Assembly (NCBI GenBank): GCA_964508955.1
Contig: CAZDVN010000003.1
Coordinates: forward strand, 1-24,738
Length of the DNA: 24,738 nt
Direction of reading: 5' to 3'
Source of the DNA: an uncultured Candidatus Saccharibacteria bacterium
GTDB lineage: Bacteria; Patescibacteriota; Minisyncoccia; Minisyncoccales; Minisyncoccaceae
The notes under the pieces are model-generated. The model was not told where the DNA came from, did not search any database, and saw nothing but the letters and a program-made list of their open reading frames with translations. The translations under genes and the position numbers were made by a program. Every line of letters starts with the position of its first letter. Position 1 is the stretch's first letter. Positions 8,001-15,731 of this stretch are shown one piece after another.

Positions 8001-8292
8001 CTTCAATAGAGATCCTTATGAAAAATACGTATGTAGTGGAGAGACGATTACGATTGGAGGAATTATATCTAACATTAAAAAAATACTGACGCGCAAGGGA
8101 GATCCGATGATGTTTATAAAACTCCAGGATTTAACGGATACAATTGAAGTGGTAATATTCCCTTCAACATTAAAGAAAAATACTTACGCCTTGGAAGAAA
8201 ATAAAATAGTCTCCATCACAGGAAAAACAGATGTCAAAGACGGTTCTCCCAAAATAATCGCTAGCTCAATTCAAGAAATATTAGAATCATAA
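5008..8292 (+). CDS. dnaE: DNA polymerase III alpha subunit
   Basis: PHP domain (HLHLHSHYSLLDG, TDHG, GCE), GPGRGSAGGS, catalytic PDIDLDF, KVDFLGL, YSFNKSHA, clamp-binding-like QIGLF and a C-terminal OB fold. No intein visible. Confidence 0.98.
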   Translation: MNKKFTHLHLHSHYSLLDGLSKIDDILDRVKELGMDSVALTDHGVMYGSIEFYEKAKAKGIKPIIGCEIYEASTSMDGKSPDPENKRHHLVLLVKNEKGYNNLVKIVTEAHLRGFYYKPRVDLEFLEKYSEGLIATTACLQGRIPHLLLSNRKEEAEKMALRYQKIFGKDNFYLELQHHPGIPEQKRVNDMMIDLSRKTGIPLIATNDCHYINKDDAEAQDVLMLINTGADINDKERLSMKIDDFSIKSAEEMIEDFKDVPEAIENTFKIAEACNLELKLGEFNLPTFDVPEGKTVEGYLRELCYLGIEKKYNIKSEELDNINKSVSEGKEIKEIKDEKLKEVIERMEYELSVINKTGFPGYFLIVQDFVSWAKSNRIVVGPGRGSAGGSIVAYLTNITNVDPLKYDLYFQRFLNPDRISPPDIDLDFADKRRDEVINYVAEKYGRDKVAQIITFGTMAGRASIRDVGRALGYQYSYCDKLAKLIPTGFDLKDTLEKIEEFKDLYENDSDAKKLIDLALKIEGCARHASTHACGVVISSSSLEKIVPTQHPTQNENSIVTQYEMHAVESMGLLKVDFLGLKNLTIIEETLKRIYAVRGMNVDIDNIPLDDEKTFKLLQSGDCIGVFQLESGGMRRYLKQLKPTEIEDIIAMVSLYRPGPMQNIPGYISGKNNIDNVHYIHPKLKPILESTYGIPVYQEQVMRIAQEMAGFTLAEADILRKAIGKKIEKLLMEQEDKFVSGMKKNNISKEIALEIWHWIEPFARYSFNKSHAACYAIIAYQTAYLKANYPVEYMAAILTAEQSDLDRIAILIEECKKMKLEVLPPEINESFSNFSVVPEKYKVRFGLSAIKNVGYNVVELIINERKDKGDFKSIQDFISRVDSKVLNKKSLESLTRAGVFDNLKERNQILFNLENLLEWSKSNQRIKDSGQIGLFGSSVDTEIKLNETEEMKDEDKLTWEKELLGLYISGHPLEKHRSFLENQAASIRKINVDLAFSGDFNRDPYEKYVCSGETITIGGIISNIKKILTRKGDPMMFIKLQDLTDTIEVVIFPSTLKKNTYALEENKIVSITGKTDVKDGSPKIIASSIQEILES

Positions 8293-8304
8293 AATAATAA
8301 AAAA

Positions 8305-10047
8305 ATGGATTTAGAAAAAATTAAACACTCATTATCTTATGTTCTTGCTCATGCAGTTCAAGATCTTTTTGATGATGTAAAATTTGGAATTGGCCCTGCT
8401 ATTGAAAATGGTTTCTATTACGATATGGAAATTGACCTGAAAGAAGAAGACTTAGAAAGGATTGAGAAAAGAATGAAAGAAATTATTAAGAGTGGAATAT
8501 CTTTTGAATATAGCGAAGTATCAAAAGAAGAAGCTAGAAAGATTTTTAATAGCCAACCATACAAACTGGAACTGATTGATGAGATAGAGGAAGATAAGGT
8601 TTCTATATATAAGCTTGGTAACTTTATAGATCTATGCAAGGGGCCTCATGTGGAGTCTTTGAAAGAAATAAATTCAGAATCTTTTAAATTAAACAAGTTA
8701 GCCGGAGCTTATTGGAAAGGAGATGAAAAAAATAAGATGTTAACTAGAGTTTATGGCTTATCTTTTGAGAATAAAGAAAAACTAAATGAATACTTAAAAT
8801 TATTAGAAGAAGCCGAAAAAAGAGACCACAGAAAATTAGGGAAAGAACTAGATTTATTTCACTCAGAAGAAGAAGTTGGGATAGGCCTTATTTTATGGCA
8901 CCCAAAAGGAGCAATGATATGGAGAATTATAGAAGACTTCTGGTACAAAAAACATCTTGAGAATGGTTATGATTTAGTTAGAACTCCTCACATAGGAAAT
9001 AAAAGATTATGGGAACGCTCAGGACACTGGGGATTTTATTCAGGAAGTATGTACCCACCATTAGAAGCTGGTCAATCATTAGAAGAGGCTCAACAAGATA
9101 AAAAAGTGAAAGACTCAGAACAATTTTTATTGAAGCCAATGAATTGTCCTTTTCATGTTTCTATATACAATAATTCTCCTCGATCATACAGGGACCTTCC
9201 CTTGCGTTGGGCTGAAGCAGCAACAGTTTATAGGTTTGAGAAAAAAGGAGAACTTTCTGGCTTAACTAGAGTCAGAGGTTTCACTCAAGATGACGCTCAT
9301 ATTATTTGCAGAAAAGACCAAGTTGAAGATGAGCTTAAAAAAGTTATTGATTTTATTCTTTTTATTTATAAAGCATTTGGATTTGAAGAAGACAAGGTTA
9401 ATGTTTATCTTTCTTTAAGAAATGATCAAGAAAAAGAAAAATATGCTGGACCAGATGAAGGATGGAATTTTTCAGAATCAGTTTTAAGAAAAGTTGCCAT
9501 TGAAAAAAATCTTAATTTTAAGGAAGAAAAAGGAGAGGCTGCTTTTTATGGTCCCAAGCTTGATTTTAAAATTAAAGATGTCTTAGGAAGAGAATGGCAA
9601 TGCTCTACCCTTCAATTTGATTTTAATCTTCCAGAAAGATTTAGCATGAGTTTTACTAATTCAGAAGGAGAAAAAGAGCAACCATATATGCTCCACCGAG
9701 CCCTATTTGGGTCCTTTGAAAGGTTTATAGGCTTACTAATTGAGCATTATGCAGGAGCTTTTCCTTTCTGGTTGTCCCCTGTTCAAATAAAAATTATTCC
9801 TGTTTCTGAAAATCATCTTGAATATGCAAAAATTGTTGCAGAAAAGTTAAAAGACTATAGAGTTAAGATAGATGAAAACAATGAAACAATTGGAAAAAAG
9901 ATAAGAGCTGGAGAGATGGAAAAAATTCCTTATCTAATTGTTGTTGGAGATAAAGAGATAGAAAATAAGACTGTGAATGTTAGGCAAAGAGGAAAAATTG
10001 AATTAGGAGAAATGTCTGTTCTTGATTTAATAAAATCTTTTGAGTAA
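8305..10047 (+). CDS. thrS: Threonyl-tRNA synthetase (no N-terminal TGS domain)
   Basis: DLCKGPHV, GAYWKGDE, RDHRKLG, KPMNCP, RVRGFTQDDAH, YGPKLD, HRALFGSFERF and an anticodon-binding domain. Confidence 0.98.
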   Translation: MDLEKIKHSLSYVLAHAVQDLFDDVKFGIGPAIENGFYYDMEIDLKEEDLERIEKRMKEIIKSGISFEYSEVSKEEARKIFNSQPYKLELIDEIEEDKVSIYKLGNFIDLCKGPHVESLKEINSESFKLNKLAGAYWKGDEKNKMLTRVYGLSFENKEKLNEYLKLLEEAEKRDHRKLGKELDLFHSEEEVGIGLILWHPKGAMIWRIIEDFWYKKHLENGYDLVRTPHIGNKRLWERSGHWGFYSGSMYPPLEAGQSLEEAQQDKKVKDSEQFLLKPMNCPFHVSIYNNSPRSYRDLPLRWAEAATVYRFEKKGELSGLTRVRGFTQDDAHIICRKDQVEDELKKVIDFILFIYKAFGFEEDKVNVYLSLRNDQEKEKYAGPDEGWNFSESVLRKVAIEKNLNFKEEKGEAAFYGPKLDFKIKDVLGREWQCSTLQFDFNLPERFSMSFTNSEGEKEQPYMLHRALFGSFERFIGLLIEHYAGAFPFWLSPVQIKIIPVSENHLEYAKIVAEKLKDYRVKIDENNETIGKKIRAGEMEKIPYLIVVGDKEIENKTVNVRQRGKIELGEMSVLDLIKSFE

Positions 10048-12117
10048 ATGTTAAAATATCATATTATTACTTTTGGCTGTCAGATGAATATGTCTGACTC
10101 AGAAAGAATTTCTAGTCTTTTAGAAAAAACTGGATATACCAAAGCTTCACAAGTGAAAGAGGCTGATTTAATTATCTTAAATATGTGCTCTGTGAGACAA
10201 TCAGCAGTAGATAGAGTTTATGGTCTTATTCCCCAACTAAGGAGGTCAAAAGCTAAGATTATCGCGACAGGATGCATTTTAGAAGAAGACAGGATAAAAC
10301 TAAGAGAACGTGTTGATCTTTTAATAGATAAAAAAGATATTCCAAGAATTTTTTCTAAAAACACTGCTTTTTTGAAGATAGTCCCAAATTACTCAAGTAC
10401 AATCCAAGCATTTGTTCCTATATCTGAAGGATGTAGTAATTTTTGTACTTATTGCGCAGTTCCCTACACTAGAGGAAAGTTAATTTCTAGAAATTACAAA
10501 GACATAATTAAAGAAATTAAAAGCCTGGTAAAAAATAACTTTAAAGAAATTTGGCTTTTGGGAGAAAACGTTAATGATTATATTTACAAAGGATTAGGTT
10601 TTAGTGATTTGATAAAAGAAATTGACAAAATAGAAGGAAACTTTTGGGTTAGATTTACAAGCCCAAATCCAAAAGATTTTTCTAAAAAGACGATAGAATC
10701 TTTTAGTAAAAGCTTAAAATTTGCTCCATATATAAATCTCCCTCTTCAATCAGGAGACGATTCCATCTTGAAAAAAATGAACAGGCCCTATACCGGTAAA
10801 AAATACTTGAAATTAGTAAAAGAAATTAGAGAATCTTTCAAGAAAAATAGAGAAGGACTAGAGGGAGAAATAAGTATTTCCACGGACATTATTGTTGGCT
10901 TTCCAGGAGAGACTAATTCTCAATTTATTAACACAAGAAATATTTTTTCTAAGGTTTTTTTTGAAATGGCGTATATTTCTCAATATTCCCCTCGCCCACA
11001 ATCACTTTCTTTTAAGGAAATGCCAGACGATGTTACCAAAAAAGAAAAAAAGGAAAGAGAATATATATTAAATGAGATACTTAAGAAAACAGCTTTAAAG
11101 CAAAACAAAAAATTCCTAAACAAAGAAGTTGATGTTTTAGTTTTAGAAAAAAACAATAACTATTATGATGGAAGAACTAGGCATAATAAAGCCGTAAGAT
11201 TTAAATCAGATAAAGATTTATTAGGAAAATTCGTTAAGGTAAAAGTTAATAAAGTAACTTCTTGGAACTTTGAAGGAAATCTTATCAAGCCCAAATTAGT
11301 TGTTATCTCAGGTCCAACAGCTTCAGGTAAGACTGACCTAGGAATTGCTTTGGCTACTAAATTTAATGGAGAGATTATTTCTGCTGACTCAAGGTTAATA
11401 TATAAAGGAATGGATATCGGAACTGCTAAACCAAAGAATATCAAAGGTATACCTCATCACATGATAGATATTATAGACCCTGATGAAGATTTTAATGCTG
11501 CCTTATTCAAAGAAAAAGCTATTGAAGCAATAGATTCTATAATAGAAAGAGGAAAACAGCCTTTTCTTGTAGGAGGAACTGGATTATATATAAAAGCAAT
11601 AGTTGATAATCTAAATTTTCCTAAGATTAAAACTGATCAAAAACTTAGAGAAGATTTAGAAAAAAAGAACCTTGAGGAAATATTTTTAATTTATAAAAAT
11701 ATTGACGAAGAAGGTTCAAAAATAATAGATACAAAAAATAAAAGAAGACTTATAAGAGCTATAGAAGTTTCTCTCGCCCTTAATGAAAGCTTCTTTAAGG
11801 AAAGAAAAGGAGAAGAACTATATGACGTTACTCATCTAGGTATTAAAACAAATAGCGAGGAACTTAAAAAAAGAATTGAAAAAAGGGTCAATAAGATGAT
11901 GAAAGATGGCCTAGAAAAAGAAGTAAAAAAACTATACAAGAAATATAGCCCTGAAATTCCTTCTTTAAAAACTATTGGGTATCAAGAGTGGAGAGATTAT
12001 TTTGATAAAAAAATAACTATAGAAGAGTTAAAAGAAAGAATCGTTTTAAATACTGTAAAATTTTCCAAAAGACAAATAACTTGGTTCAAGAAAGATAAAA
12101 AAATTAAGTGGATTTAG
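10048..12117 (+). CDS. miaB/miaA: MiaB-MiaA fusion: tRNA ms2i6A37 methylthiotransferase (aa 1-~411) fused to tRNA dimethylallyltransferase (aa ~412-689)
   Basis: MiaB part: TFGCQMN, NMCSVR, TGC, radical-SAM CSNFCTYC, TDIIVGFPGET, TRAM domain. MiaA part: ISGPTASGKT, SADSRLIYKGMDIGTAKP, PHH, VGGTGLY, RRLIRAIEV, IGYQE, KRQITWF. One reading frame with no stop. Confidence 0.95.
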   Translation: MLKYHIITFGCQMNMSDSERISSLLEKTGYTKASQVKEADLIILNMCSVRQSAVDRVYGLIPQLRRSKAKIIATGCILEEDRIKLRERVDLLIDKKDIPRIFSKNTAFLKIVPNYSSTIQAFVPISEGCSNFCTYCAVPYTRGKLISRNYKDIIKEIKSLVKNNFKEIWLLGENVNDYIYKGLGFSDLIKEIDKIEGNFWVRFTSPNPKDFSKKTIESFSKSLKFAPYINLPLQSGDDSILKKMNRPYTGKKYLKLVKEIRESFKKNREGLEGEISISTDIIVGFPGETNSQFINTRNIFSKVFFEMAYISQYSPRPQSLSFKEMPDDVTKKEKKEREYILNEILKKTALKQNKKFLNKEVDVLVLEKNNNYYDGRTRHNKAVRFKSDKDLLGKFVKVKVNKVTSWNFEGNLIKPKLVVISGPTASGKTDLGIALATKFNGEIISADSRLIYKGMDIGTAKPKNIKGIPHHMIDIIDPDEDFNAALFKEKAIEAIDSIIERGKQPFLVGGTGLYIKAIVDNLNFPKIKTDQKLREDLEKKNLEEIFLIYKNIDEEGSKIIDTKNKRRLIRAIEVSLALNESFFKERKGEELYDVTHLGIKTNSEELKKRIEKRVNKMMKDGLEKEVKKLYKKYSPEIPSLKTIGYQEWRDYFDKKITIEELKERIVLNTVKFSKRQITWFKKDKKIKWI

Positions 12118-14719
12118 CCCTGAAGAACATCTTTCTTATTTCTTCAACGAAAATAATTGACGAAGCGACTAATATTATCATTATCCATTCTGACAAACTT
12201 AGAGATGTTGTCTTAAGAATTTTTTGGAAAAATGGATTATATACCGCTAATAATTGTAAAACAACAACAGTCAAGGTTGCTCCTACTAAGAATTTATTTG
12301 AAAAAATATTATAGTTAAAAATTGAGTTTCTCTCACTTCTGCAATTCCAAGCATTGAACCATTGGAAAGCAGCTAACGTTGTTAAAGAAATTGTTAAAGC
12401 TTTAGTCATGTCAAACATGTAGTATCTTTCAAAAAGAAACAGCGTACCAATTCCCATAATAATCGAAAAAATTATCATCCTTTGGATCATGATTTTATCA
12501 ATTAAAAATTTATTTGGTTTGCTAAATTTTTGCTTAAGAATATCTTCCTCTTTTGAATCCATTGCTAACGCAACATCTAAAAAACCATCAGTTACGAAAT
12601 TAAGCCATATTATTTGAACAGCAAGGATTGGCAAAGGATAGTTCAACATAATAGCTCCGACAATTACTAAAACTTCTCCCATGCCTGTAGAAAAAAGATA
12701 TAAAATTACTTTCTTTATCGTTTTATAAATAATTCTTCCCTCTTCTATTGTTGAAACAATGGTTTTAAAATTATCATCTAAAAGTATAATATCAGATGCT
12801 TCTTTTGCAACCCCTGTTCCTATCATTCCCATTGATATCCCTAAGTCTGCAGCAACAAGAGAAGGAGCATCATTAACTCCGTCGCCCGTCATCGCAATGA
12901 TTTTTCCTTTAGATTTGAATAAATTAACTATTCTTAATTTATGATCTGGATTAACTCTTGCAAAAATAGAAACATTGTCAATGTCTTTAAGTATTTCTTT
13001 ATCATTAAAACTATCTAAATCTTTTCCAGTCAAAATTAAATCCCCTTTTTTATATATTCCTGCCTCTAAAGCAATAGATTTTGCGGTTATCTTATGGTCT
13101 CCAGTAATCATTATTATTTTTATACCAGCGTCTTCTGCCTGCTTAACTGAATCTGCCACCTCTGATCTTAAGGCATCTTTCATCCCTAGAAATCCAATAA
13201 AAGATAATTCTGCCACATCATCTGGAGAAGAAGGATTGTTTTTCTTAGCTAAAGCAATAACTCTTAACCCATCTTTTAGCATTTCACAAAGAATATTGTT
13301 AATTTCTTCTTCTTCTTCTTCTTGAGACATTAAATGCTCTTTATTATTTTTCCATATTTTTGTACACAATTTTAATATTTTTTCTGGTGCACCAGTCACC
13401 GTTAAAATATCTTTATTATCTGTTCTATTAATAGACAATCTATATTTTTTTTGGTAATCAAAAGGCCTATCTTCTATTTGAGGATTTTTTTTAATTAGTT
13501 CGTCCCTATGAAACCCTATTTTCTGAGCAAAAACTAAAATAGCTGCTTCCGTTGGATCTCCCGTTACTTTCCATAAGCCTTCTTCTTCAGAGAAAAGAAC
13601 TCTTGCGTTTGCACAGAAAGAAGCTGATTTAGCTGCAAAAATAAGATCCGGTTCGTCAATTGGATTAATAATTTCTCCTCCTAATCTAACATTTCCCTTG
13701 GGTTCATATCCCGTTCCGTCAACATCAAAAAACTTATTGTTAACAAATATTTTTTGGATAATCATTTCATTCCTTGTTAATGTTCCTGTTTTATCAACTG
13801 CAATAATATCAGCTTGCCCTAGCGCTTCCACTGCTTGAAGTTTTTTTACTAAAGCATTTTTTTTACTCATTCTCCAGACTCCACTAGCAAGAATTAAAGT
13901 TATCGCTATGGGTAGCCCCTCTGGAATTATAGAAACAGAAAGAGTAACGACTGTTAGAATCATTTCTTCGATAGAATGATTATGATATATTCCTATCAAG
14001 AAAATTATTACACACAAAATTAAAACAAACCTAACGATTAATTTAGTTAAAAAAGCAATGTTTTTCTTAAGAGGTATCTCTGTTTCAATATTGCTTATTT
14101 TTTCTGCTATTTTTCCTATAAAAGTATTATTTCCTGTCTTTGTGACAACGGCTATTCCATTTCCAGAAAGAATACTCATACCCTTCAAGACAACATTATT
14201 TTTTTCATCTTCAGGATTTTTATAAACTGGTTTTGATTCTCCGGTTAGGGCTGCTTCATCAACTTTTATTCCATTCGAAGCAATAACTATCGCATCAGCG
14301 GGAACTTTTTCCCCTTCTTGAAGTATTATTACATCTCCAGGAACAATTTCCTTATCGCTAACTATGGTTTCCAGACCATCCCTTCTTACCGTTGCTTTAG
14401 TTTCAATAAAATTCTTAAGAGCAAGAAGAGTATTCTGTGCCTTGCCTTCTTGGATTGCCCCGACTACTGCGTTAAAAAAAAGAACAGCACAAATAATAAT
14501 AGAATCTACCCACTCTCCCATTAAAAAAACAACAACGCAAACAAAAAGAAGGATGTAGATAAGAGGACTTTTAAATTGATTTAAAAAAATAGTTATTATT
14601 CCGTCAGATTTTTTTTCTTTTATCTCATTCTTTCCATACTTATCAAGACGAATTAATACTTCTTCAGATGTTAAGCCTCTTTCATTGGTTTCAAGGCTTT
14701 CTAAAATATCCGTGTTCAT
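12104..14719 (-). CDS. P-type cation-transporting ATPase (type IIA, SERCA/bacterial Ca2+-ATPase-like)
   Basis: TGES, IPEGL, DKTGT, GDPTE, KGAPE-like TGAPE, MITGDH, AMTGDGVNDAP, WLNFVTD; about 10 TM segments. Confidence 0.93.
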   Translation of the reverse strand: MNTDILESLETNERGLTSEEVLIRLDKYGKNEIKEKKSDGIITIFLNQFKSPLIYILLFVCVVVFLMGEWVDSIIICAVLFFNAVVGAIQEGKAQNTLLALKNFIETKATVRRDGLETIVSDKEIVPGDVIILQEGEKVPADAIVIASNGIKVDEAALTGESKPVYKNPEDEKNNVVLKGMSILSGNGIAVVTKTGNNTFIGKIAEKISNIETEIPLKKNIAFLTKLIVRFVLILCVIIFLIGIYHNHSIEEMILTVVTLSVSIIPEGLPIAITLILASGVWRMSKKNALVKKLQAVEALGQADIIAVDKTGTLTRNEMIIQKIFVNNKFFDVDGTGYEPKGNVRLGGEIINPIDEPDLIFAAKSASFCANARVLFSEEEGLWKVTGDPTEAAILVFAQKIGFHRDELIKKNPQIEDRPFDYQKKYRLSINRTDNKDILTVTGAPEKILKLCTKIWKNNKEHLMSQEEEEEEINNILCEMLKDGLRVIALAKKNNPSSPDDVAELSFIGFLGMKDALRSEVADSVKQAEDAGIKIIMITGDHKITAKSIALEAGIYKKGDLILTGKDLDSFNDKEILKDIDNVSIFARVNPDHKLRIVNLFKSKGKIIAMTGDGVNDAPSLVAADLGISMGMIGTGVAKEASDIILLDDNFKTIVSTIEEGRIIYKTIKKVILYLFSTGMGEVLVIVGAIMLNYPLPILAVQIIWLNFVTDGFLDVALAMDSKEEDILKQKFSKPNKFLIDKIMIQRMIIFSIIMGIGTLFLFERYYMFDMTKALTISLTTLAAFQWFNAWNCRSERNSIFNYNIFSNKFLVGATLTVVVLQLLAVYNPFFQKILKTTSLSLSEWIMIILVASSIIFVEEIRKMFFRAKST
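13304..13321. repeat. (TTC)6 / (GAA)6 in-frame microsatellite encoding poly-Glu
   Basis: Six perfect units giving QEEEEEEI in the ATPase N domain. Confidence 0.85.
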
Positions 14720-15729
14720 TATATGTTTTTTGTATAAATAGTTTGTGTTGGATAAGCAAAGCCTATTTTTTCTTTTTCAAAGCTTTCCATTAATTTAATG
14801 TTTATTTCTTGTTGTATGTCCATATATTCTTTATAGTCCGGGGTTTTTACATAGAAAGAAACTTCGAAGCCAAGAGAAGAGTCTCCAAAATTTTTAAAGT
14901 GAGCTCTATCTAATCTAGTCATTTCTATTTTATCAAATATTTCTTTTATAATTTCATTTATTCTTTTAATTTTTTTTGTACTTGTTTCGTAAGTTACTCC
15001 AAAGCTAAAAACGACTCTTCTTTCTTTCATTTTTTTAAAATTCTGAATAACAGCAGTTGTTAATTCTTTATTTGAAACAACTATTTCTTCTCCAAATATT
15101 GACTTTAGTCGTGTTGTTTTTATCCCTATTTTTTTAACAGTTCCCTTTTGATTATTAAACATTATAAAATCTCCAACCATAAAAGGCTTATCAAAATATA
15201 TAGCAAAAGAACTAAACAAATCAGATAAAATATTTTGCAAGGCAAAAGCAATAGCTATTCCACCAACACCAAGACCAGCAACAAAAGAAGTAATATTTAT
15301 ATTGAGGTTAGACATTATGAACAATGCCGCCACAACCCATAAAGAATATTTTACTATCTTCATTACTATGTTTATTGCATATTTTTTAGCATGGTCATTT
15401 TTGTCTACTGTTTTTAGAGCAAAAAAACTAATAATTATTTGTGTGGCAGATATAATTTGACTAGCTATTAAGATAAATAAAACTGTATCTAATATTTTTT
15501 GGGGAAAAGAAGGAATGCTTAAGAACATCAAAGAAACATAAAGTGATAAAAATAAATAGAACGGTTGCTTGATTGACTTTATAACTTCAAATAATATATT
15601 TTCAGAAGAAATGTATTTTTTAATTACTATATTAATAAAAATTCTAAAAGATATAAAAATCAAAACAAACGCAATAATTGCTTTTATATATAGAGATAAT
15701 TCGTTGTTGAAAAGAACGTATTCTAGCAT
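14719..15729 (-). CDS. mscS: MscS-family mechanosensitive ion channel
   Basis: Several TM helices, GLGVGGIAIAFALQNILSDL, KPFMVGDFI, IGIKTTRL, FAYPTQT. Its stop overlaps the ATPase start (TAATG). Confidence 0.92.
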   Translation of the reverse strand: MLEYVLFNNELSLYIKAIIAFVLIFISFRIFINIVIKKYISSENILFEVIKSIKQPFYLFLSLYVSLMFLSIPSFPQKILDTVLFILIASQIISATQIIISFFALKTVDKNDHAKKYAINIVMKIVKYSLWVVAALFIMSNLNINITSFVAGLGVGGIAIAFALQNILSDLFSSFAIYFDKPFMVGDFIMFNNQKGTVKKIGIKTTRLKSIFGEEIVVSNKELTTAVIQNFKKMKERRVVFSFGVTYETSTKKIKRINEIIKEIFDKIEMTRLDRAHFKNFGDSSLGFEVSFYVKTPDYKEYMDIQQEINIKLMESFEKEKIGFAYPTQTIYTKNI

Positions 15730-15731
15730 AA

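Noticed and set aside
5008-8292. Possible intein in dnaE (also checked gyrB)
   Set aside because: Lengths are normal and motif spacing is continuous; no C/S...HN splice ends or LAGLIDADG motifs.
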